Assembly: GCA_033762915.1 (NCBI GenBank)
Contig: JANRLD010000036.1
Location: 1 to 11,796 of the forward strand
Length of the DNA stretch: 11,796 nucleotides
Direction of reading: 5' to 3'
Source: Meiothermus sp.
GTDB taxonomy: Bacteria > Deinococcota > Deinococci > Deinococcales > Thermaceae
Position numbers and translations under genes: made by a program. Shown here piece after piece: positions 1 to 7,272 of the stretch. Every line of letters starts with the position of its first letter. The first letter of the stretch is position 1. The notes under the pieces were generated by a model. The model was given only the letters and a program-made list of their open reading frames with translations. It was not told where the DNA came from and ran no database searches.

Positions 1-48
1 GAAGGGGGTGCTGCAACCTTACTGTGCTACAGGCCCCCCTGAGGCAAT

Positions 49-70
49 GGGCGCTGAGGCCTCAGCGCCC
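49..70. repeat. Perfect 22-bp palindrome GGGCGCTGAGG|CCTCAGCGCCC
   Basis: 49-59 is the exact reverse complement of 60-70. It lies downstream of the minus-strand PLD gene and has no clear U-tract. Confidence 0.85.
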
Positions 71-76
71 TAACCC

Positions 77-221
77 CGCCGCCCACCGTCCGCCTGAAAA
101 CCCGTCCGACGGAGGTCGCTTGACCTCAGGTGATGCAGCCAGCCAACGCCCCCCACCGTCCGCCTGAAAACCCGTCCGACGGAGGCCGCTTGACCTCAAA
201 AAGGTGGCGCAGCTAGCCAAC
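77..221. repeat. Tandem duplication with ~70-bp period (2 copies)
   Basis: 82-128 and 152-198 (CCCACCGTCCGCCTGAAAACCCGTCCGACGGAGGYCGCTTGACCTCA) differ at one base. The similarity continues as GGTGATGCAGCCAGCCAAC (129-147) vs GGTGGCGCAGCTAGCCAAC (203-221) after a 4-nt A insertion. Confidence 0.9.
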
Positions 222-686
222 CGCGCTGGTTACCCGGCGGTGCTCCGCCTGAGGCTGACGCGCGGCCGCCCCGATGGCGGCTGGTACGCCGGCCGGACCC
301 GGAGTCGTAGCTTTTGGCCCGGAGTGACGGGAAAATTGGCAGGCGCCGGCCATCAGCTCGATGTTGAGGCGCTCCCCGCCGGTGGTGGCATTAGCCGACC
401 CGACCCACCCGAAGGGCCCGGCAGCGGTCTCCACCAGGTACAGCTTGGCGTGAAGGTCCCGGGCGCAGCGCACCTCGACCCCCCTCGCCAAAAAGTGGTC
501 GAGGACTTCAGGGTCGGTGGCAGCCCCGAAGTCAGCCGGGTCCCCTCGGATGAGCAGTCGGTCACCTGGGCCCAGCGGTAGCTCCACCGCGGCCCCCCGG
601 ACCCATGGGCTGACCACCCACCGCCGGCCCTCCAGGCCGAGCAGCGGAAGCACAACCTTCCAGCCCCCGAACTCGATGTTCCCCAT
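213..686 (-). CDS. Phospholipase D-superfamily (HKD-type) single-domain nuclease-like protein, possibly C-terminally degenerate
   Basis: The motif LHAKLYL-x9-WVGSANAT-x5-LNIEL matches PLD HxK...GSxN...NxE, and there is an N-terminal VVSPWV strand typical of PLDc domains. Start reassigned to ATG at 686, which has GGGGAGG 5 nt upstream (157 aa). The last ~45 aa are low-complexity Ala/Pro/Gly. Confidence 0.75.
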   Translation of the reverse strand: MGNIEFGGWKVVLPLLGLEGRRWVVSPWVRGAAVELPLGPGDRLLIRGDPADFGAATDPEVLDHFLARGVEVRCARDLHAKLYLVETAAGPFGWVGSANATTGGERLNIELMAGACQFSRHSGPKATTPGPAGVPAAIGAAARQPQAEHRRVTSAVG

Positions 687-810
687 TCCAGCCTCCCCTA
701 GTCTGCCGCCGCCCGCAACTGCCCGCCACCGGAAAAGGTCCGGCCGGTCTAGGGTAACCGCACCCTGCAACTGAGACAGAACGGGACAACTAGGGTGGTG
801 GCCGTGCTTA

Positions 811-821
811 TGATAGTATCA
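811..821. promoter_or_regulatory. Putative overlapping divergent extended -10 elements / palindromic operator TGATAGTATCA
   Basis: Reads TG-A-TAGTAT on + (toward the operon) and TG-A-TACTAT on - (toward the PLD gene). It is an AT-rich patch in the intergenic region between the divergent genes. Confidence 0.35.
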
Positions 822-902
822 GCCGTCACGACAGCGCTTGGTCCGGGGCAGCGGCGACACCGGGCGCGATTCGCAGGGATTCGGGTCTTTGGAGGGCCTC
901 GG

Positions 903-2180
903 ATGGTTTTTTTATTGCTGCTCCTGCTCATCATCGGCAACATATCCGCTCACGCGCAGCCCCTGAGACAGGTCCAGATCGTCCCCACATCCCTGCCGGA
1001 CCAGCCGCTGAGGTCGCTGATCGAAGACGCTGTGCGGGAGCGTGGCGGCGACCTGGAGCGCCAGCACCTCCACCTAGTCCTCGCCTTCAGCACCGGGCAC
1101 TATCGCAGCGACCCGCTCGGGGCCGAGGCCGCACGGGAGATGGCCTGGAGGCTGTCCAGCGGGCTCCTCACGCCGGGCGACCGCATCAGCGTGTACGCAT
1201 GGGAGATGCAGGTCTACGACGCGCCGACCCCGTCGCCGAGGCTCGTCTCCCAGGAGGATCTGCAAGCCGCCACCCCCATCCGCGACCTTTTTCCCAAGAG
1301 CACCCAGCCGTCCTCGGAGGGGGGCCATGACACCGAGGAGGCCATCGTCGAAATCCGCCGGCGACTGGGCGAGACCTACTCCGACGCGGTGGTGGTGCTG
1401 CTTACAAACAGCGCGCAGAGCCAAGGGCCGGTCGGGCGGCAGGCCGCCACCCTTGGGGCGACGCATCCCACTTACCTGGCTGTGCTGGAGGAGTTCGATC
1501 GGCTCGGGGCCAGCTCCGCCACCCTTGCATCCGCCCAACTGGCCTACACCATCCGCCGCCCCGACGGCTCCACCGCCGAGCGCTCCCTGGACGCGGTAGT
1601 CCTGATTCCAAGGGCCTTTTCTGGCGCGGAGATCGCGGGCCGAACCCGATCCGAGCCCGCACAGACCGCCCAGACGCCACCCCAGGGCTCCGGCTCCGGG
1701 TCGCCGCTGCCACTTCTCCTGCTGGCCGCCCTGGCGGCCGCGGTGGGCTACTGGGTCTACCGCAGCCTGGCAGGTGGCAAGGCCACCGGGGCGGCCCCTT
1801 GGGTGCTCCGGGTCGAGGGGGATGGCTTCGAGATCCCCGGCGGCCCGATCTCGGTCGCACTGCAGGGCGAGCCGGTGGGCAAGGAGGTGCTCGCCCTGTC
1901 GGGGCCCCGCTATGCGGAGGGCAGTGCCCGGGCCCTGCCGGAGTCTGCGGGCCGGCTGCCACCCGTCCTTCTGGCCCGCTTCACCCGCTCGGGCCGGGGG
2001 GTCAGGGTCAGCGCAGGGGGAGCCCTGCGGCTCTACGTCGACGGGACCTTGTACCTGGGGGGCTACGAGCTGGCCCGCGGGGCGACGACCAGGGTGCGGA
2101 TCCAGGGCGAGGTCGAGGTGGACGCGGTCCTGGGGCCGCAGCCGGTCGAAGTGGGCTTGCGCGTCGGGCTCAGCGCGTGA
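903..2180 (+). CDS. Single-pass membrane protein: signal peptide, vWA-like domain with degenerate MIDAS, TM helix, beta-rich (FHA-like) cytoplasmic domain
   Basis: ATG at 903 follows GGAGGG (891-896) and begins a signal peptide, MVFLLLLLLIIGNISAHA|Q. vWA-like elements occur in order: HLVLAFSTG, GDRISVYAW, GGHDTEEAI, VVVLLTNS. A Q/T/P/G/S linker leads to TM LPLLLLAALAAAVGYWVY. The C-terminal ...LYVDG...ELARGATTRVRI pattern resembles FHA C-terminal strands. The ORF track starts at 795. Confidence 0.7.
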   Translation: MVFLLLLLLIIGNISAHAQPLRQVQIVPTSLPDQPLRSLIEDAVRERGGDLERQHLHLVLAFSTGHYRSDPLGAEAAREMAWRLSSGLLTPGDRISVYAWEMQVYDAPTPSPRLVSQEDLQAATPIRDLFPKSTQPSSEGGHDTEEAIVEIRRRLGETYSDAVVVLLTNSAQSQGPVGRQAATLGATHPTYLAVLEEFDRLGASSATLASAQLAYTIRRPDGSTAERSLDAVVLIPRAFSGAEIAGRTRSEPAQTAQTPPQGSGSGSPLPLLLLAALAAAVGYWVYRSLAGGKATGAAPWVLRVEGDGFEIPGGPISVALQGEPVGKEVLALSGPRYAEGSARALPESAGRLPPVLLARFTRSGRGVRVSAGGALRLYVDGTLYLGGYELARGATTRVRIQGEVEVDAVLGPQPVEVGLRVGLSA

Positions 2181-2195
2181 TTTTGGAGGCTAAGT

Positions 2196-2510
2196 ATGCC
2201 AAGCATGAACTTCATTATTGAGAGCCTAACGGCCCTGCTCACCGAGCTGCGCTTCTGGCTGGGCATAGGGCTGAGCGTCGCCGCCTGGTGGCTCCTGTCG
2301 GTCGCGATCTCCCGCGCGAGGTTGGACCCGTCCAAGCCGCACGACAGCGTCCTCAGGGCGATGACGGTATCCCTGGGGGTCGTGTTTCTGGTATGGACAG
2401 TGGTCGGCGTCTTACAGTGGCAGCCTGACTGGATCAAGGTGGCGACCTTCGCGATTGCGGTGCTGCTCGTCATCGCCGCGTCTAACTTCCTGTTCCGCCA
2501 ACTGAGGTGA
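2196..2510 (+). CDS. Small integral membrane protein (~3 TM helices)
   Basis: GGAGG lies 6 nt upstream of the ATG. There are three hydrophobic segments (FWLGIGLSVAAWWLLSVAI, MTVSLGVVFLVWTVVGVL, VATFAIAVLLVIAASNFLF). Spacing to the neighbours is 15 and 4 nt. Confidence 0.85.
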   Translation: MPSMNFIIESLTALLTELRFWLGIGLSVAAWWLLSVAISRARLDPSKPHDSVLRAMTVSLGVVFLVWTVVGVLQWQPDWIKVATFAIAVLLVIAASNFLFRQLR

Positions 2511-2514
2511 CACC

Positions 2515-5500
2515 ATGAGCGCCGACATTCACGCCGTAAGCAAGACCCTGGTCATCGGCCTGGGCAGCACCGGGGCCCGCATCTGCGACCGCGTGGCCGA
2601 GCGGGTGGCCTGGGACTTCGGCGGCCTGGCCCGCGCGCCCTGGGTGCGCTTCGCGTGCCTGGAGACCAACGCTAACGAGCGGAACAGCCTCCGATTCATC
2701 GAGTCCGCCGACTTCCGCAACCTGACCATCAGCACCCAGCAGTACGCGCAGATTCTGGCCAACCCCGGGGCCTACGACCAGAAGATCGGCCTGACCAGCT
2801 GGTGGGACCAGGTGACCCTTGAAAAGCTGCCCGGGATGGCGGTGGAGACGGGGGCTGGGAACATCCGGATGGTCGGCCGCCTGGCCTTCTTCTTCGGGGA
2901 CAACTTCAACCGGGTCCATGCCATGGTCAAGGAGCGCCTCGACGACCTGAGGACCCTCTCCGAGGCCGACGCCAAGCAGCGCCGGGGCGTGATGCCCGAC
3001 GGCAGCAACCCCGATGTAACCTTCGGGGACGGCAAGGTGAAGGTCTTCGTGGTCGGGACCCTTTGCGGCGGCACCGGCAGCGGCCTGGCGGCGGACTTCG
3101 GCTACTTCCTCAACCGGCTGCTGGATCAGGAGAAGACCATCGCGATCTTCACCCTACCCCTGCCCGAGCTCACCCCGGCTGTCGAGCCATTGTCGGAAAA
3201 GCACAAGAAGAACGCCTACACGGCCCTGGTAGAACTCAACCACTACTACCTCAACAACCGCGTGATGGAGGCGCCCATCCAATTCCCGGACGGGACCGAG
3301 TCCGACCCGAGGCGCCACCCCTACGAGTTGCCCTACCTGGTCTGCCCACCGAGGGTCGGAAAGGAGGGGGAGGATGAGCTGAACCAGGCCGTGGCCGACC
3401 GGGTGTTCCTGAACATTGCCGCCCCGCAGGCCGACCCGCGGGGAAAGACGGTCGACGCTACCATCTACGGCGACCGGGACCACCAGGCCCACGTCTTCTC
3501 GACCTTCGGCCTGGCCAGCGTGGAGTACCCGGTGCAGAGGATCACCGAGGCCTGTCGCGACCGCCTAGTGGCCCACGCCCTGACGCGCTGGGTGGGGCGC
3601 ACCCTGCCCGAAGACCAGGCGCGCGCGCGGGCCGAGGGGGAGCTCGGCTTCAACCGTGCGTCGTTCCTGCAGGAGCTTCAGGGCGCGGCGGAGGGGGGCG
3701 AGTTGCTCCGCCGGCTGCTGAGGACCGCGGACGATATCGCCGGCCTGGCCGAGTCCAGCGCGAGCGAGGCCAGGGGCCGCCTCGACGCCCTACGACAGGA
3801 ACTCAAAGTCGGCGGTCCCGTGCACCGCCGACTGATCGAGGCCAGGGGCGGCGCCACCCAACGGATCGTGGAGCGCGTCAAGGCCGACATCAGCCAGAGG
3901 CTGCTGAGCTACAACGAGGGCCCAGGCGTGCTCCAGCAGACCCTCGACGCCGCCGCCGCCAACCTCGCGGCCATGGCGAAGCAGGGGGCCGGCCAGGCCC
4001 CGCAAGACCAGGTCGATGACATGTTGGCCAGCGTGGAGGGGTACGCTAGGAGCAGGCTGCTGGGGGCCATGGGGGTTCGGCAGCGGACGGTCGCGCATTG
4101 GAAATACCAGGCCAGCGAGGAGATCAAGAGATACGTGCGGGCCAGGCTGGACTACCTGTCCCTCCTGGTCCTTCAGGGCTCGACCGGCGAAAGCGGTCAA
4201 CAGGAACCGGGCGTACTCACCGCGGTAGGCCGCCAAGTAGCCCAGTTCCGGCAGCGGCTGAAGTCCCTGGCTGACCGGGCGAACACGGAGGTCGCGAGAC
4301 TCAATCTCAACAGCCGCACCCTCGCGGCGAACGCCCCGGCCGTCGTCGGTCTGGTCATCTTCGAGCCCGATACGGTCAACAACGAGTACCGCCAGCGGCT
4401 GGGTGACTGGGCGCAGACCCAGGAGTTCGGGGCCGGCTGGGAGCAGGGCCAGGAGATGATCTCGCGGGCCGTGGTGGAGGCCTGGGGAGGGCTTCGGGAG
4501 GACTCCGACCACACCCTCCCGGGCTCCGTACTGGCTACGAGCCGGCAGAGCTGGCTAGACAACACCGGGCCCGTCGCCGCCACCGCCCAGCGGCTGCCCC
4601 GCGACGTCCTGTCCGCGCTGTGGTCCCAGGCGGTCGAGCCCTTCCGACCGCTCAGCCAGGAGGACGTCCTCAACCGGTGGGGCCGCATGCCCGACAAAGA
4701 GGACCAGGCACGCCACGTCGCCCGAACAACCCAGCCCTTCCTTGAGGTCGACAAGGCCCACGCCGAGCAGGGGAACCGTTCGCCGATCGCCGGGAGGACA
4801 GTGGTGATCCTCCCCAGAGGCGCCACCGAGACCCACGACCGCTTCTTCGACCTGGTCTCGTCGGTGGCTAGCGGGGTGTCGGGCGGCATTATGCGCGGGG
4901 AGTCCCCGGACAAGTTCCGCGCCGCTGTGCTGGCCGAAGAGTACCGCTTCCCCCTCCGTGGCTGCCCCCAGGTGATGGGCAGCGGTGGGCTAGCCCACGC
5001 GCAGAACGCGGAGATCCCCACCTTCCACACCCGCACCGATGTCTTCTGGACCGGCCTGACCGAGGCCTTCGCCAGGAGGTTCCGGCGGGCCGAGGAGCTC
5101 TTGGTGGTCTCGATCCTGCTCGGGCACATTGTCCCCAGAGGGGGCTTCCTTGAAATGCCCTGGACGGTGACCAGAATGGGCGACGACAGCCGCCGGCTCC
5201 TCCCCCTGGACGTGTTCGGCGCGGCATCTTACCTGGCCCGCGAGGAACTGGACCGGCAGAACCGCCCCCTCAGCGGGGCGATGCAGGCCCTGGAGAACCA
5301 CGCCCTCCAAGCGCGGAAGAGTGGTGAGGGTCCAGATCGCGAGCGGGCCTTCCTCGACCGCATGAGGAAGGCGCTTGACGAGGGGGGCCGAGCAGCGGGG
5401 ATCGAGGGGTGGACCGAGGCCTACGCCGGAGAGGTCATCGAGCGGTACTGCAGCCAGGACCCCGAGCTGTCCGCCGCCTACCAGGCCATGTTCCCCAAGG

Positions 5501-5682
5501 CCAAGGCCGACATCGACGTCCTGTGGCGGGAGGCCAACGCCCCCCGCCCGGGCGGGGGGGTCTACAAGGAGCCCGGGTACTACTGCCGGCAGTGTGGCGG
5601 GCTCATCGGCCGAACCGTGCAGGACGCCTCATACAACAACTGGAAGTGTTACGTGAACCCCGCCCACAAAGTTTACGGGTGA
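2515..5682 (+). CDS. Large tubulin/FtsZ-like GTPase (Tubulin_2 / FtsZl1-type) with long helical region and C-terminal Cys/His cluster
   Basis: Motifs TLVIGLGSTG, GAGNIRMVGRLAF and the tubulin-signature variant VVGTLCGGTGSG (3064-3084), plus NAYTALVEL and FSTFGLASVEYP typical of the large tubulin-like family. C-terminal CRQC...C-x5-H. 1055 aa. Confidence 0.9.
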   Translation: MSADIHAVSKTLVIGLGSTGARICDRVAERVAWDFGGLARAPWVRFACLETNANERNSLRFIESADFRNLTISTQQYAQILANPGAYDQKIGLTSWWDQVTLEKLPGMAVETGAGNIRMVGRLAFFFGDNFNRVHAMVKERLDDLRTLSEADAKQRRGVMPDGSNPDVTFGDGKVKVFVVGTLCGGTGSGLAADFGYFLNRLLDQEKTIAIFTLPLPELTPAVEPLSEKHKKNAYTALVELNHYYLNNRVMEAPIQFPDGTESDPRRHPYELPYLVCPPRVGKEGEDELNQAVADRVFLNIAAPQADPRGKTVDATIYGDRDHQAHVFSTFGLASVEYPVQRITEACRDRLVAHALTRWVGRTLPEDQARARAEGELGFNRASFLQELQGAAEGGELLRRLLRTADDIAGLAESSASEARGRLDALRQELKVGGPVHRRLIEARGGATQRIVERVKADISQRLLSYNEGPGVLQQTLDAAAANLAAMAKQGAGQAPQDQVDDMLASVEGYARSRLLGAMGVRQRTVAHWKYQASEEIKRYVRARLDYLSLLVLQGSTGESGQQEPGVLTAVGRQVAQFRQRLKSLADRANTEVARLNLNSRTLAANAPAVVGLVIFEPDTVNNEYRQRLGDWAQTQEFGAGWEQGQEMISRAVVEAWGGLREDSDHTLPGSVLATSRQSWLDNTGPVAATAQRLPRDVLSALWSQAVEPFRPLSQEDVLNRWGRMPDKEDQARHVARTTQPFLEVDKAHAEQGNRSPIAGRTVVILPRGATETHDRFFDLVSSVASGVSGGIMRGESPDKFRAAVLAEEYRFPLRGCPQVMGSGGLAHAQNAEIPTFHTRTDVFWTGLTEAFARRFRRAEELLVVSILLGHIVPRGGFLEMPWTVTRMGDDSRRLLPLDVFGAASYLAREELDRQNRPLSGAMQALENHALQARKSGEGPDRERAFLDRMRKALDEGGRAAGIEGWTEAYAGEVIERYCSQDPELSAAYQAMFPKAKADIDVLWREANAPRPGGGVYKEPGYYCRQCGGLIGRTVQDASYNNWKCYVNPAHKVYG

Positions 5683-5685
5683 GCC

Positions 5686-7272
5686 ATGGACCTGGTCGAG
5701 TTCGTGGGTCAACTGGGGCAGCAGCTGGTGAGGTACTGGTTCGTCTCGGGACTGGTCGTGGCGGTGTTCGCCTACTTCGTCTATCAGATCACCACAATCA
5801 ATGCGAGGCTTTCCCAGGAGCGGGCGACGCTGCGGGAGCGCCTGAAGACGCTTCGCGGGCGGCTGGACGAGCTAGGCAAGACTGGGCAGCGCGCGGAACA
5901 GGCAGAGGTCAGGGAGTGGATCGAGAGGTGGGGCTCGGCCCCCGGGGGCGGCCTGAGCGGCGAGATCGTCCGCCGGCTAGGCCTGATGCGCTGGCTGCAG
6001 AACCCCGACACTCAGTCCGTGGTCCGGCTGAGCCAGGACTCACCGGCTGCGGGGCTCGTCCCCCTCCGCGGATACCCCAACCTCCTCTTCATCTTGGGCC
6101 TGTTCGGCACCGTGTTCGGGCTGGCCCTGTCGGTGGGCACCCTCGCCGACCCCCTCGCCGCCTCCCTGAACCGGCCCAACCCGCAGCTCTTGACCCAGAA
6201 GCTCTCGTTGACCCTGGGGGAGATGCAGGGCGCCTTCGCCTTCACCCTTCTGGGCATCGTGTTGTCCGTGCTGGCTGCGCAACTCCTGGCCTGGGCGCAT
6301 CGGTCGCTGGTCGAGGTACAGGTTCTGGCCCAAGAGTTGGTAGTCGAGTTCGCCGGCTACTCCTTCCCGTCGAGCCAGGCCGCCCAGTTGGAGGACCTGC
6401 GGGCCATGCTCAGCGAGAGCCGCGATTTCATCCAGGGCGTGGCCGAGCTCATGAACCGCGCCAGTGGGGAGTTCAAGGAGGTGCTCGAAAGGGCCGGCGA
6501 GCGCATCGACCAGAGCCTCGACCGGCTGGCCGGCGTCTCAGAGGCCATCACCCAGTCGCTGGCCGAGGTGACCGACGAGGCCAAGGAGGTCTCGCAGTCC
6601 ATCGCGGCCGGGGCCAGGCACATCGACCAGGGACTGACGGAGCTCCGCACCCACCAGGAGGAGATCCAGTCGGTATATACGGACCTGCAGACCAAGTTCG
6701 ACCAATCCCTAGAAGGCCTGAAGGTCTCGTCGCAGGAGCAGATGAACGAGTTCACCCAGGTGGCCGAGCGGATCGTCAACGACTCCGCAAGCCACACCCG
6801 GCAAGTGGTCCTGGTCCAGCAACTCCTCGAACGGGCCACCACCGCCTTCGAGGACTCTGGCGGCAAGTACGAGCGCTCCTCGCTGGGGCTCCTCAACCAG
6901 CTGAACGGCGGATTCCAGGGCATCACCTCCTCCCTCCAGGGGATGCTGGAGCGGCACGCCGGGGAGATGGGCGCGGTCCACCGGGGAGTTGAGAAGGTGG
7001 CCGCGAACCTCTCGGACCTGTCGAGCCGGCTGGACCCCCGTCTGCTGCCCAGGGAGGACTGGGCGCGGGTGGCGGACGAGCTCAGCGCGGCCCGCGGGGA
7101 CTTGGCCAAGCTGGTCGGAGCACTTCCTCAGATCACCGACCGCAGCCTAAGCCCCGATCTAGCGGAGGCGCTGATAGGCATCCTTGGCAGCCTAAAGCGG
7201 ATGGAGCGCTCAGCGCGGGAGACCGGCCCCGCAGCCGGCGGGGCCCAGCGGCCGACCGGTGAGTTCCGATGA
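5686..7272 (+). CDS. MotA/TolQ/ExbB-family proton-channel protein with long cytoplasmic coiled-coil tail (ZorA-like architecture)
   Basis: An N-terminal TM (WFVSGLVVAVFAYFVY) is followed by YPNLLFILGLFGTVFGL and MQGAFAFTLLGIVLSVL, which match the MotA/ExbB TM pair. Then ~320 aa of heptad-like helical sequence. Confidence 0.85.
   Translation: MDLVEFVGQLGQQLVRYWFVSGLVVAVFAYFVYQITTINARLSQERATLRERLKTLRGRLDELGKTGQRAEQAEVREWIERWGSAPGGGLSGEIVRRLGLMRWLQNPDTQSVVRLSQDSPAAGLVPLRGYPNLLFILGLFGTVFGLALSVGTLADPLAASLNRPNPQLLTQKLSLTLGEMQGAFAFTLLGIVLSVLAAQLLAWAHRSLVEVQVLAQELVVEFAGYSFPSSQAAQLEDLRAMLSESRDFIQGVAELMNRASGEFKEVLERAGERIDQSLDRLAGVSEAITQSLAEVTDEAKEVSQSIAAGARHIDQGLTELRTHQEEIQSVYTDLQTKFDQSLEGLKVSSQEQMNEFTQVAERIVNDSASHTRQVVLVQQLLERATTAFEDSGGKYERSSLGLLNQLNGGFQGITSSLQGMLERHAGEMGAVHRGVEKVAANLSDLSSRLDPRLLPREDWARVADELSAARGDLAKLVGALPQITDRSLSPDLAEALIGILGSLKRMERSARETGPAAGGAQRPTGEFR

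Noticed and set aside
77..221. CRISPR array
   Set aside because: There are only two units, the repeat is ~47-52 bp, and the intervening sequences are similar to each other. It is a tandem duplication, and no cas genes are in view.
2515..5682. Cell-division ftsZ
   Set aside because: It is about three times too long, its motifs match the large tubulin-like family, and there is no dcw cluster context.
5409..6992. 527-aa + strand alternative-frame ORF and the other long overlapping or antisense ORFs (e.g. 4197-5129, 9626-10744, 8105-8539, 204-581)
   Set aside because: These are R/G/P/A-rich shadow frames of well-supported genes in GC-rich DNA. 8105-8539 crosses the tRNA fragment and is antisense to pdxT.
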